Assembly (NCBI GenBank): GCA_937930175.1
Contig: CALGLP010000013.1
Span: 267,764-331,763 of the forward strand
Direction: 5' to 3'
Length of the DNA stretch: 64,000 bases
From: an uncultured bacterium
GTDB lineage: Bacteria > Omnitrophota > Gorgyraeia > Zapsychrales > Aceulaceae
Part shown: piece by piece, positions 45,361 to 54,685 of the stretch
How the letters are laid out: every line of letters begins with the position of its first letter
Position numbering within the stretch: position 1 is the first letter of the stretch
The notes under the pieces: generated by a model
Seen by the model: only the letters and a program-made list of their open reading frames with translations
Told to the model about the DNA's origin: nothing
The model's database searches: none
Translations under genes and position numbers: made by a program

Positions 45361-47280
45361 ATGTATCGCCACGGAAAAATAAGGATGTTTGTTACTTTAG
45401 CAGTTGTTTTTATGTTTTTGATCATCGTTTGTTCTTTAGCAAGCGCGGAGGAAAAAGGAAATATTGCGATATCAGGCTTTGTCAAAGATGGTAACACTCC
45501 TGTCCAAGGAGTGACCATGACGGCCCTCGCCTGGCAGTTTCCAGCTAACTGGTATCCTATTGCTACAACAACGACTTCTTCAAGCGGTTATTATTCGCTT
45601 TCCATATCAACCACGATAGGGCTTTTTAAAGTTGTGCCGACAAAGCCAGGTTATTATTTTGGGCCGATAGATCGTCAATACCACGGCAGCGTTGGTAACC
45701 AATCTAATCAAAATTATGTGGTTTTGTCCTTGCGTCAAGGTCCAACCATGGAAGGGCTTAGTTTGAGTAGCTCGGATTGGGGGGATTACAATAATGACGG
45801 GCTCTTGGATTTGGCTGTCTGCGGTCAGTTGTCTAATGGACAGAGAGTGTTACGCGTTTATCGTGCTGTTTTGAGCGCAGGGGGCGGTATTAGTTTTGTT
45901 CAAGCTCTTTCTATGTCAGGGCCGACAAGCGGCAAGGTTGCTTGGGTCGATTATAATAACGACGGTGATCTGGATTTGGCTGTTACCGGATATGGCATTG
46001 GCAACTATTATGTAAAGATGTATAGAAATCTTAATGGTTCGTTTAGTTTTAACAGCGCTGCGTCTATCTCTTCACCAAAAGCGATGAATGTTAGTACCTT
46101 TGCGTGGGGTGATTTTGATCATGATGGCGATGTGGATGTGGCTATTGCCTGTGAATTGAGAGATAGCTGGGGACAGTATTTAAAAATCTTTAAAAATAAT
46201 GCTGGATCATTTTTATATTCGCAAGATTTATTAACCTCAACATCAACTGGTGGAATAGGTTTGGCTTTTGCCAGTCTTGCTTGGGGGGATTATGATAGGG
46301 ATGGTGATCTGGATTTAGCTGTATGCGGAAGAACATACAAGTGGACTAATCCTTCATATGGATGGGGTTCACTGACGGCAATCTTTAATTATAATGGTCA
46401 GAATGGATTGTTTTCTAAAGCTAACATAAGCACTTTAATCAATGTTGAAGAAGGCTCGATTGCTTGGGCTGACTTTGATAATGATGGAGATTTGGATCTC
46501 GCGGTTGCAGGCTGGAATCGAGACGCGAATAAGGCGAGATTCTGTGCTTATCGTAATGATCTACAGCCAGGGGGGCCTTATAATGAATTTACCCTTGTCG
46601 CAGATTTTCCAGGTTTTAAACAGTCCACTCTCACGGTTGGCGACGTTAATGCTGATGGTAAGATTGACATTGCTGTTCAGGGAAAACTGCAAGATGGGAC
46701 GCCAACCACCCGTGTTTATAAGAACAGAGGTAATTTTTGGTTTGAAGATGCCCAAACTCAACTACCAGGCGTTTATAATGGGTCTATTGCTTTCGCTGAT
46801 TATGATGATGATGGAAGGCTAGATTTGGTCTCGACCGGTGTTTTGGCTTCAAATGGAAGAATTTGTAACGCTTACAAGAATCTTCGTCTTTTTGAAGCTG
46901 GTAACACCGCGCCTCAGGCTCCTGCACAATTAGTCCAGACTATTAATACTGGAGATAATAGCGTTAAGCTTCAGTGGAGTCAGGGTTCTGATGCACAGAC
47001 TAATTTTCAAGGGTTAAGCTACAATCTTTGCGTGGGAACAAATCCGACCAGCTGTGATATTGTTTCGCCATTATCTCAAGCAGATGGTGAAAGACAAGTA
47101 GCTGCTGTGGGCTCGATCGCGCACAAGACAGAACCTCTTAACTATTGGCACTTAAATGGCCTTCAGGGAGGAGCTGCTTATTATTGGAAAGTGCAGGCGA
47201 TCGATCCTGGATTAACGGGCTCAGCGTTTTCAGCCCAGAAATCGTTTTATTTGCCGAGTAAGGGGAAAATTGGGAAATAG
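45361..47280 (+). CDS. secreted FG-GAP/VCBS-like repeat protein with a C-terminal fibronectin type III domain
   Basis: Signal peptide. Seven or more WGDYNNDG(D/L)LDLAV-type repeats. FN3-like (VKLQWSQGSD...YYWKVQAID). Confidence 0.75.
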   Translation: MYRHGKIRMFVTLAVVFMFLIIVCSLASAEEKGNIAISGFVKDGNTPVQGVTMTALAWQFPANWYPIATTTTSSSGYYSLSISTTIGLFKVVPTKPGYYFGPIDRQYHGSVGNQSNQNYVVLSLRQGPTMEGLSLSSSDWGDYNNDGLLDLAVCGQLSNGQRVLRVYRAVLSAGGGISFVQALSMSGPTSGKVAWVDYNNDGDLDLAVTGYGIGNYYVKMYRNLNGSFSFNSAASISSPKAMNVSTFAWGDFDHDGDVDVAIACELRDSWGQYLKIFKNNAGSFLYSQDLLTSTSTGGIGLAFASLAWGDYDRDGDLDLAVCGRTYKWTNPSYGWGSLTAIFNYNGQNGLFSKANISTLINVEEGSIAWADFDNDGDLDLAVAGWNRDANKARFCAYRNDLQPGGPYNEFTLVADFPGFKQSTLTVGDVNADGKIDIAVQGKLQDGTPTTRVYKNRGNFWFEDAQTQLPGVYNGSIAFADYDDDGRLDLVSTGVLASNGRICNAYKNLRLFEAGNTAPQAPAQLVQTINTGDNSVKLQWSQGSDAQTNFQGLSYNLCVGTNPTSCDIVSPLSQADGERQVAAVGSIAHKTEPLNYWHLNGLQGGAAYYWKVQAIDPGLTGSAFSAQKSFYLPSKGKIGK

Positions 47281-47338
47281 GATAAATCAAGGGAATAATA
47301 AAAGAAGCTTTTAGAAAAGAAAGGGTGATGTGGATTGT

Positions 47339-47375
47339 GGGCTGACCCCGCCAACAGCGGGGTCAGCCCTTCTTA
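47339..47375 (+). terminator. intrinsic terminator GGGCTGACCCCGC-CAACA-GCGGGGTCAGCCC followed by TTCTTATATTT
   Basis: 13-bp stem plus a T-rich tail. Confidence 0.65.
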
Positions 47376-47392
47376 TATTTATATATAATTTC

Positions 47393-47420
47393 TTGACATC
47401 AGGTTTTTTTCTACTAAAAT
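47393..47420 (+). promoter_or_regulatory. candidate sigma-70 promoter TTGACA-N16-TAAAAT for the 47.5-63.9 kb co-directional cluster
   Basis: Consensus -35, 16-nt spacer, good -10. Lies 55 nt upstream of the acyl-CoA ligase ATG. Confidence 0.45.
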
Positions 47421-47475
47421 CAGACTAGTAAAATTTAACTATATCTGACCAATTACTCAGTAGAATTTATAAACT

Positions 47476-48981
47476 ATGGATATTAAACAACTTCTAATCG
47501 ATAAAGCGCGGATTTATTCGCAAAAGCCAGCCATTTTCTTTAAAGATCAGCCGATCAGCTTCAAAACTCTAGGTGAGCAGGTCTTTAAGTTGGCCAACGC
47601 CTTAAAGGTTTTAGGGGTTGCCAAAGGGGATAAGGTTGGGATATATCTGCCGAATTGTCCGGAATATATCTATAGCTATTTGGCTATCTTTTGTCTTGGT
47701 GCTACAGGTGTGCCGCTCGATTTTATGCTCAAGGAAGATGAGATCGCATCTTGCCTTACGCATGCTGAAGCAAAATACTTAATCTACATCCCCAAAGAAA
47801 ATCTATTGCCCCAAGAGCTTAAAGCCGTTGTCCCTAGCTTAAAAGAAATTATTAGTCTTCAGCCCCAGGTGGTTGGCACTCATGGGTACCATGAGCTTGT
47901 TGCGCAAGTCTCTTTAGATCCGATGAGCGTGTCTCTGAGTGAAAAAGATACAGCGCTTATTATGTACACCTCAGGCACGACCGGAAAGCCCAAAGGAGTT
48001 GTCTTGAATTATCGTCATCTCGATGGATCGCCGGCCGCGATGCATCATTTTGTGGATCTCAGTGATAAGGATGTGAAACTCTGTGCGCTTCCGTTAAGCC
48101 ACATCGCAGGGCTGATCTATATTCAAAATTGCCTTTTATTTGGGATCACGCTTGTTTTGATGGAGCGTTTTAATCCGGTGGAATTTTTGCGTCATGTCCA
48201 AGAATACAAGGTCACATGTTTTCATGTTGTGCCGGCGATGTACATGGCATTTTTGACATTGAAAAATATTGATAAATTTGATCTTGCGTCGATTCGCTGG
48301 ATGGTGGTTTTTGGCGCGCCAAACTCGCCGGATATGATGCGGCTGTTCCACAAGAACTGTTCGAATGCCAGGCTTTTGAACGGCTGGGGCATGACCGAGA
48401 CCTGTCCGCCTAATGTTGTGACACCCATGGACAGCGATAAGATCGAAAGCGTGGGCAAGCCGGCTCCGCATTGCGAGATACGGATTTTCGATGAAGAAGA
48501 AAAAGAATTAGCGCCAGGCGAGATCGGCGAAATCGTGATCAAGGGCTGGGTCGTGATGGATGGCTATTACAAAGATCCTGAGACAACAAAAAGCTTGATT
48601 TGGAACGGATGGTTTCATACCGGAGATTTAGGCCGTTTTGATGAGGAAGGATTTCTTTATATCGTTGGCCGCAAGAAAGAAATGATCAAGGTGGCCGGCC
48701 AGATCGTCTATGCCCCAGAGGTGGAAACCGTCTTGCACAAACATGTGGCGGTTGCTGAAGTCGCGGTCATTGGGGTTGCGGACAAACTGCGTGGTGAAGC
48801 GGTCAAGGCCTTTGTGACGCTTAAGCCTTCCGTCCTTGCGACCGCAGAAGAGTTGAGATTTTTTGCTAAAGACCATTTAGCGAATTTTAAAGTGCCTCAG
48901 GAGATTGTGATTTTATCCGAATTGCCGAAGAATAGATTGGGGAAGGTGGATAAGGAAAGATTGAAGATAGAGGGTAGATAA
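47476..48981 (+). CDS. AMP-dependent synthetase/ligase (acyl-CoA synthetase family)
   Basis: AMP-binding motif MYTSGTTGKPKGV, plus the GWGMTE and GDLGRFDEEGFLYIVGRKKEMIKV motifs. Confidence 0.85.
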   Translation: MDIKQLLIDKARIYSQKPAIFFKDQPISFKTLGEQVFKLANALKVLGVAKGDKVGIYLPNCPEYIYSYLAIFCLGATGVPLDFMLKEDEIASCLTHAEAKYLIYIPKENLLPQELKAVVPSLKEIISLQPQVVGTHGYHELVAQVSLDPMSVSLSEKDTALIMYTSGTTGKPKGVVLNYRHLDGSPAAMHHFVDLSDKDVKLCALPLSHIAGLIYIQNCLLFGITLVLMERFNPVEFLRHVQEYKVTCFHVVPAMYMAFLTLKNIDKFDLASIRWMVVFGAPNSPDMMRLFHKNCSNARLLNGWGMTETCPPNVVTPMDSDKIESVGKPAPHCEIRIFDEEEKELAPGEIGEIVIKGWVVMDGYYKDPETTKSLIWNGWFHTGDLGRFDEEGFLYIVGRKKEMIKVAGQIVYAPEVETVLHKHVAVAEVAVIGVADKLRGEAVKAFVTLKPSVLATAEELRFFAKDHLANFKVPQEIVILSELPKNRLGKVDKERLKIEGR

Positions 48982-49016
48982 GGTGAAGATGGAAAATGGA
49001 AGTTAGAAGTTGGAGG
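48982..49016 (+). repeat. left arm of the inverted repeat flanking four-helix-bundle gene copy 2 (GGTGAAGATGGAAAATGGAAGTTAGAAGTTGGAGG)
   Basis: Imperfect reverse complement of 49397..49425 (TCCATCTTCCAACTTCCATCTTCTATTGTC). Confidence 0.6.
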
Positions 49017-49030
49017 ATTGAAAAAGATTT

Positions 49031-49396
49031 ATGGCAATTCAAAAGTGTGAAGACTTAGAGGTTTATGCGTTGGCGTTTGATGCTGCAATGAGAATTTTTC
49101 AGCTAATAAAAGAATATCCAAAAGAAGAGACATACTCTTTAGTGAATCAGATAAGAATGTCGTCGAGGTCGGTCGCTGCCAATATTCGTGAAGGGTATGC
49201 TAAAAGAAAGTATCCAGATGTTTTTGTTAAGCATCTTAATGATGCGCTTGGATCGTCAGAAGAAACAGTAACATGGATCGATTTTAGTTGTCAGTGTGGT
49301 TATTTGCCAGAGAAGCAAGCAGTTGTTCTTAAGAAGACATATGCTTCCATTGGCGCTATGCTTTATCAATTGATGAAAGGGTGGCAAAAGTTTTAA
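49031..49396 (+). CDS. four-helix-bundle protein (TIGR02436 family), copy 2
   Basis: LEVYALAFDAAMRIF...LVNQIRMSSRSVAANIREGYAKR...LGSSEET. Confidence 0.8.
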   Translation: MAIQKCEDLEVYALAFDAAMRIFQLIKEYPKEETYSLVNQIRMSSRSVAANIREGYAKRKYPDVFVKHLNDALGSSEETVTWIDFSCQCGYLPEKQAVVLKKTYASIGAMLYQLMKGWQKF

Positions 49397-49425
49397 TCCA
49401 TCTTCCAACTTCCATCTTCTATTGT
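49397..49425 (+). repeat. right arm of the inverted repeat flanking copy 2
   Basis: See the left arm at 48982..49016. Confidence 0.6.
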
Positions 49426-49452
49426 CTATTTTTTTAAAGAAAGGATCCTTTT

Positions 49453-50205
49453 ATGACAATGCGTAAAGACATTCACTTGACCGGCCAGGATTTGATGCAC
49501 ATGGTGCAGCTGAGGCCGCAAGATATCGGTAAATACGCTCTTGTGCCAGGCCCCAAGGAGCGGCTCGATAGTCTTTTGAAAAAGATCGAGAATCCGGTTA
49601 AGAATTTTTCGTTCATGGAATATTCCATGTTTACCGGCACTTTCGCAGGAGCGAAGGTGACTGCGATCAATGGCGGACGATTTTCAGCGGATACGGCTAT
49701 CACGACGGAGATTCTCTGCAATGCGCAAGCCCAATACATGATCCGCATCGGCAGCTGCGGTGCTTTGCGCGAAGACATCAAGGTCGGGGATTTGATCGTG
49801 GCTGAAACCGCGATGCGCGGCGATGGCGTGACCCCGTATTATGTTAAAAATGATTTTAAGACTCAGGCTGATAGTGAGCTGACAAAGATCTTAAGCGATG
49901 TGGCGCAAGGCTCAGGCCTTAACGTCCATCAAGGCAAGGTGTGGTCCACGGATGCGATTTTGCGCGAGACGCGCGAGCATGTCGGCAAGGCTGTTGATGA
50001 GGGTTGTATCGCCGTGGACATGGTGACATCTGTTTTCTTAACCTTAGCGCAACTTTATAAAGTCAAAGCCGCGGTGATCCTTGCCGTCAGCGATAATATC
50101 ATTACCGGCGAAATGGGCTTTATGGATCCTAATTATTATATGGCTGAAGGATCAACGATTGGGATAGCGCTTAATTTGATAAAGAAGTTAGAGGGGAGAA
50201 GTTAG
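49453..50205 (+). CDS. PNP/UDP family-1 nucleoside phosphorylase (MTA / 5'-deoxyadenosine phosphorylase or nucleosidase-like)
   Basis: PF01048-type pattern (ALVPGPKERL, GGRFSADTAITTEIL, IRIGSCGAL, MRGDGVTPYY). Confidence 0.7.
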   Translation: MTMRKDIHLTGQDLMHMVQLRPQDIGKYALVPGPKERLDSLLKKIENPVKNFSFMEYSMFTGTFAGAKVTAINGGRFSADTAITTEILCNAQAQYMIRIGSCGALREDIKVGDLIVAETAMRGDGVTPYYVKNDFKTQADSELTKILSDVAQGSGLNVHQGKVWSTDAILRETREHVGKAVDEGCIAVDMVTSVFLTLAQLYKVKAAVILAVSDNIITGEMGFMDPNYYMAEGSTIGIALNLIKKLEGRS

Positions 50206-50223
50206 AAGGTAGAAGAAAGATAA
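50181..50223 (+). repeat. left arm of the inverted repeat flanking four-helix-bundle gene copy 3 (AAGAAGTTAGAGGGGAGAAGTTAGAAGGTAGAAGAAAG)
   Basis: Reverse-complementary to 50611..50635 (TTTCTCTCTTCTAACTTCTTTAAGG). Overlaps the last codons of the PNP gene. Confidence 0.6.
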
Positions 50224-50229
50224 GATCGA

Positions 50230-50610
50230 ATGCCGATTAAATGCTGCAAAGACTTGGAAGTGTACAATCGTTCGTTTCAAGTGGCGATGGTCATCTTTGA
50301 GAAAACCAAAATTTTTCCAGCTGAAGAGAAGTATTCTTTAGTTTCTCAGATTTTAAGATCGTCGCGTTCTGTTTCGGCAAACATTCGAGAAGGATATGCA
50401 AAGCGAAAATATCCAGATGTATTTGTAAGACATTTAAATGATGCTCTGGGTTCATCAGAAGAAACACAAACGTGGTTAGACTATTGTGAATCTTGCAGAT
50501 ATCTCGATCAGTTGACTTGTAAAAGATTAATAAAAGAATATGAGGAAATTTCAGCCATGCTTTTTGTTTTAATGAAATCGTGGCAGAAATTTGAGAAATC
50601 TAACGTCTAA
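50230..50610 (+). CDS. four-helix-bundle protein (TIGR02436 family), copy 3
   Basis: About 60% identical to copy 2 (LEVYNRSFQVAMVIF...SSRSVSANIREGYAKRKYPDVFV). Confidence 0.8.
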   Translation: MPIKCCKDLEVYNRSFQVAMVIFEKTKIFPAEEKYSLVSQILRSSRSVSANIREGYAKRKYPDVFVRHLNDALGSSEETQTWLDYCESCRYLDQLTCKRLIKEYEEISAMLFVLMKSWQKFEKSNV

Positions 50611-50635
50611 TTTCTCTCTTCTAACTTCTTTAAGG
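50611..50635 (+). repeat. right arm of the inverted repeat flanking copy 3
   Basis: See 50181..50223. Confidence 0.6.
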
Positions 50636-50640
50636 AACCT

Positions 50641-51609
50641 ATGACCGAATCTCCACTTTTTTGGCCAGCGAAATTTGAAGGCAAGACATTGCTTGTCCTT
50701 GATGAGACGCTGTTACCGGAAAAGATGTGCTATGTCAAAGTTCAGAATGTTGCGCAAGCCGTCAAGGTTATTCGTGAGATGAAGACCCGCGCCTTTGGCC
50801 AGTTTTTAGTTGTGCTAAGCACGTTTTTATTGGTACTTAAGAAAAATAAGACATGGAATGATGAGAAATTGATGGCTGAATTGCAAAAGACAGCCCAAGC
50901 CCTTAATGCTAGCCGTCCAACATTTCCGTTTGCAGAAGTAACTGGTATGATTATTGGTTGGGCTAAGAAAGACATGGAAAGTCATGTGCCTTTGCAGGTC
51001 GTGCTTCCTAAAAAGATCGATGGTTTCCTGCAAGGTATCCGTGGACGTCGTTTGGAGCGTGTACAAAGAATCGCGGATGTCTTGATGCAATATAATAATA
51101 TTTTAACGCATTGTAATGTGAGCGGCGAGCTCGCCATGGCAGCACAGCTTTGCAAGGCCAAGGGCAAGGAAATCAATTTCTTTGCAACGGAAACGCGTCC
51201 CTATTTTCAAGGTGCTAAATTAACGTGTTGGGAGCTCAATCGGGTCAAGGCACATGTCACGCTCGTTGCGGATAACGCTGTTGGAACGCTGTTGCGTGAT
51301 CATATGATTGATGCCGTGGTCATGGGATCCGATCGATCATGCGCCAACGGAGATGTCGCTAATAAAATTGGCAGCTATCAAATTGCTGTTGTGGCTAAAG
51401 AATTTGGCGTTCCAGTGTATGTGTTGACGCAGCCCTCGAATAAGATTCCAGCTGGCGCTGATATTCCCATTGAAGTGCGCCATGAAGACGAGCTTTTAAA
51501 ATTTAAGGGTAAGCGCATTACGCCAAAAGGCGTGAAGGGTTTTTATCCAGGGTTTGATGTTATTCCCAATAATCTAATCACACAAGCGATTGCCATCAAT
51601 GTTAATTGA
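50641..51609 (+). CDS. mtnA: eIF-2B alpha/beta/delta-family isomerase (S-methyl-5-thioribose-1-phosphate / 5-deoxyribose-1-phosphate isomerase, MtnA-like)
   Basis: ATETRPYFQGAKLTCWEL...VADNAVG...VMGSDRSCANGDVANKIGSY matches the MtnA / IF-2B family core. Confidence 0.7.
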   Translation: MTESPLFWPAKFEGKTLLVLDETLLPEKMCYVKVQNVAQAVKVIREMKTRAFGQFLVVLSTFLLVLKKNKTWNDEKLMAELQKTAQALNASRPTFPFAEVTGMIIGWAKKDMESHVPLQVVLPKKIDGFLQGIRGRRLERVQRIADVLMQYNNILTHCNVSGELAMAAQLCKAKGKEINFFATETRPYFQGAKLTCWELNRVKAHVTLVADNAVGTLLRDHMIDAVVMGSDRSCANGDVANKIGSYQIAVVAKEFGVPVYVLTQPSNKIPAGADIPIEVRHEDELLKFKGKRITPKGVKGFYPGFDVIPNNLITQAIAINVN

Positions 51610-52084
51610 AGAGAAAAAATCGATTGTTTTATTAAACGGCGTCTTTGAGGATGCTTTCTTTCATCTTTTAAAAGAACAAAAGATTAAGAAAGTGTATGTC
51701 CTTGAGGGTCGGCCGTATTTGGATGGAGCAAAGGCCTTGTGCTCAAAACTTATTAAGAATAGGATACAACCTGTTTTGATTGCAGATAATATGGCTGGGT
51801 TTCTTTTTTATAAAGATTTGGTGAAGGAGGTCTGGATTTCATACCAGGAGCCAGGTGACCAGAATATTTTAGCTAAGGTTGGGAGCCTTGTTTTAAGCGT
51901 GTTAGCGAAAAAGCATCAGGTGGCTGTTAAGGCCTTTCCGTCGGCCAAGCGTAAGAAATATATTGGTCATCCTAAAGATATTTTTAGCTTTGAGGGCAAG
52001 CGTGTTGCGGCCAAGGGTATTTATGGGTTTGTGCCGCTCTTAGAAGATGTCCCAAAAACATATTTATCGGAGATCTATTTATGA
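51590..52084 (+). CDS. truncated eIF-2B-family paralog (C-terminal Rossmann-like half only)
   Basis: VLEGRPYLDGAKALCSKL...VLIADNMAGFL...AKVGSLVLSVLAKKHQVAV parallels the C-terminal half of the preceding protein. Overlaps it by 20 nt. Confidence 0.5.
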   Translation: MPSMLIEEKKSIVLLNGVFEDAFFHLLKEQKIKKVYVLEGRPYLDGAKALCSKLIKNRIQPVLIADNMAGFLFYKDLVKEVWISYQEPGDQNILAKVGSLVLSVLAKKHQVAVKAFPSAKRKKYIGHPKDIFSFEGKRVAAKGIYGFVPLLEDVPKTYLSEIYL

Positions 52085-53076
52085 TCATCAACCGCGTGAA
52101 AAAAGAAATTATTGCATCTGGAAAACTGCTTTGGGAGAAAGACCTTGCTTCAGGGTTAAACGGCAATATCAGCTCTCGGGTGGACAACAAAAAGTATTTT
52201 ATTACTGGTCGCGGAACATGTTTAGGTCGGTTAAGCACCGCGGATATTGTTTTGACGGATGTAGAGGGAAACGTTTATGGTAAGGGTAAGCCGTCATCGG
52301 AAAAGACGTTGCATACGGCGATTTACAAGAATTTTCCTGAGGTGCAGGCGGTGATCCATACCCATTTAACGTATGCGGGTGGGTTTTTCCACGTGAATGA
52401 TACGCTTACACCCAGCACCTTTGAGTCCAGGCTTTATTTAGGAGAGGTTAAATGTGTCGCGCAGTTTACGCCGACAGTCACTGACATTGCGCCGGTTATC
52501 GAGGCGTTAAAGAAAAATAATATCATGGTTTTGAAAAACCACGGTGTTTTGGCCATGGGCAAAAACCTTTTTGACTGTTTTTTGCTGATCCAATGCCTGG
52601 AAGAGGCCGTGAAGATGGATGTGGTGAGCCAAATATATAGACAAGTTTCAAGTGAAAAGTTTCAGGTTTCAAGTAAAAATAAAGAACAAAAAGAGTCTAA
52701 AAGATTTAAGCTGTTTTCTAAAGAGCAGATCGATGAAATTGTGCGCCTTGTGAATGCGGATGAGCAATTAAAGAAGCTTGGTGAATCGACTAATATGACG
52801 ATGCGCCTGGCCGTCAAACTGGATGAGACAGGCCAGGCGTATTGCTTTGATTTTGAAAAGGGAAAGATCAAAAACGTGAGCAATGATGATAATGCTGAAT
52901 TTGTTGTATCAGCGCCGGAAAAAGTCTGGCGTGCTGTTTTTGCTCGTGAAATTGATCCCTTTGTAGCCACGACGCAAAAGAAAATGATCTTAAAAGGTGA
53001 CTTTGCCAAGATCTCCAAATGGTATGCGCCATGCTCGCGGCTTTTTGAGCTTTGGCAGCAAGCACCAGTGGAATAA
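52081..53076 (+). CDS. class II aldolase/adducin-domain protein fused to a C-terminal SCP2 sterol-carrier domain
   Basis: N-terminal aldolase_II pattern (SGLNGNISSRV...ITGRGTCLG...AVIHTHL) plus a C-terminal SCP2-like segment (YCFDFEKGKIKNV...MILKGDFAKISK). Confidence 0.75.
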   Translation: MIINRVKKEIIASGKLLWEKDLASGLNGNISSRVDNKKYFITGRGTCLGRLSTADIVLTDVEGNVYGKGKPSSEKTLHTAIYKNFPEVQAVIHTHLTYAGGFFHVNDTLTPSTFESRLYLGEVKCVAQFTPTVTDIAPVIEALKKNNIMVLKNHGVLAMGKNLFDCFLLIQCLEEAVKMDVVSQIYRQVSSEKFQVSSKNKEQKESKRFKLFSKEQIDEIVRLVNADEQLKKLGESTNMTMRLAVKLDETGQAYCFDFEKGKIKNVSNDDNAEFVVSAPEKVWRAVFAREIDPFVATTQKKMILKGDFAKISKWYAPCSRLFELWQQAPVE

Positions 53077-53080
53077 GGAA

Positions 53081-54556
53081 ATGAACGAACACAAATTATT
53101 TATCAACAATGAATGGATTGCTCCGCAAGGGAATGAATATCTTTCTTCTCTTAATCCATCGACGGGTGAAGTCATTGCCAAAATTGCCAAGGGAAAGGCT
53201 GTTGACGCCCAAAAAGCGATCGTGGCTGCTAAGCAGGCGTTTATTTCAGGTGTTTGGAGTTCTTTATCCGTTGAGAAACGCGGACAGGCTTTAGAAAAGA
53301 TTGCAGAAGTGATTCGTCAAAATGCTAAGGAGCTCGCGGAAATTGAGAGCCGCGACACCGGAAAGACCATTAAGCAGACAACATTTATTGATGTGCCGAC
53401 ATGTGCGGATACGTTTTCGTATTTTGCCAAGATTCGAAAAGAATTGGAAGCGCGAAAGCTTAACATTGCCGCGCCGGTGGATAGCAAGGTTTGCTATGAG
53501 CCAATCGGTGTTGTCGCCGCTATTGCGGCATGGAATTATCCCTTGATATTTTTTGGTTGGAAGGTGGCACCGGCATTGATAGCTGGCAATAGCGTTGTTT
53601 ATAAGCCTTCCAGCGTGGCAAGCCTTGCGGTTGTTCGTGTTTTTGAAATCATCGCAGGCATTTTACCCAAAGGCGTTTTAAATCTTGTCACAGGCGGTCG
53701 CGAGGTCGGCGAGGAATTGGCAAGATCAGTTGATGTTGATATGCTGACCTTTACCGGCGGTAATCAAGCGGGCCAGGAAGTCATGCGGCTTGCGGCAACA
53801 AATACCAAAAAACTTTGCCTAGAGCTGGGTGGGAAATCACCCAATATTGTTTTTGCGGATTGCGATATGGATGCCGCGATCGGCGGAACCATGTCGTCGA
53901 TCTTTATGAATCAGGGGCAGATGTGCGTGGCGGGTTCGCGCTTACTTTTAGAGGATAAAATTTATGATGAGTTTGTCGCCAAGTTATCTAAAGAAGCGCA
54001 GCGCCTAAAGATCGGCAATGCTTTGGATTATACAACTGAATTTGGCCCGTTGGTCAGCCGCGAGCATCGTGATGGTGTTTTGAAATTTATTGAGCAAGGG
54101 AAAAAGGAGGGCGCGCGGTTGGTCTACGGAGGCAAAATCGGCGCGGGCGCCGATTTTGATAAAGGGGCGTTTTTAGAGCCCACCATTTTTGCCGATGTTC
54201 AGAATTCTATGGCCATTGCGCAGGAAGAAATTTTTGGTCCGGTGTTGTCTGTGATCAAATTCTCTTCCGCCGAAGAGGCGATCACGATTGCCAACGATAC
54301 AAAGTACGGTCTGGCAGCCATGGTGTGGACCAAGGATAAAGAAAAAGCCGATAGCGTTGCGCGCCAGCTTCGCTGCGGAACGGTCTGGATCAATACCTAC
54401 GGCGGATTTTACAACGAAGCACCCTTTGGCGGATACAAGCAAAGTGGGTTTGGCAGGGAATTAGGAGTTGAAGGCTTGCTTGATTGCATGCAAATCAAGC
54501 ATGTCTGTCGCGACACAACACCTGGCGGAAAATCACTTGCGTCGAGTTGGTTTTGA
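53081..54556 (+). CDS. NAD(P)-dependent aldehyde dehydrogenase
   Basis: ALDH motifs: VTGGREVGEELA, the LELGGKSP glutamate box and the catalytic Cys in GQMCVAGSR. Confidence 0.85.
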   Translation: MNEHKLFINNEWIAPQGNEYLSSLNPSTGEVIAKIAKGKAVDAQKAIVAAKQAFISGVWSSLSVEKRGQALEKIAEVIRQNAKELAEIESRDTGKTIKQTTFIDVPTCADTFSYFAKIRKELEARKLNIAAPVDSKVCYEPIGVVAAIAAWNYPLIFFGWKVAPALIAGNSVVYKPSSVASLAVVRVFEIIAGILPKGVLNLVTGGREVGEELARSVDVDMLTFTGGNQAGQEVMRLAATNTKKLCLELGGKSPNIVFADCDMDAAIGGTMSSIFMNQGQMCVAGSRLLLEDKIYDEFVAKLSKEAQRLKIGNALDYTTEFGPLVSREHRDGVLKFIEQGKKEGARLVYGGKIGAGADFDKGAFLEPTIFADVQNSMAIAQEEIFGPVLSVIKFSSAEEAITIANDTKYGLAAMVWTKDKEKADSVARQLRCGTVWINTYGGFYNEAPFGGYKQSGFGRELGVEGLLDCMQIKHVCRDTTPGGKSLASSWF

Positions 54557-54685
54557 CTGCATGACCCGCGGACAGGGCTTATTTTTCTGATGACAAAGAT
54601 GGCGGGGATAGTAAAGAAAGTTATGGGGTTTCATAAAACCCGTATAACTTAAAACTTGCTACTTATAACTCTTGGAGGATTATTT

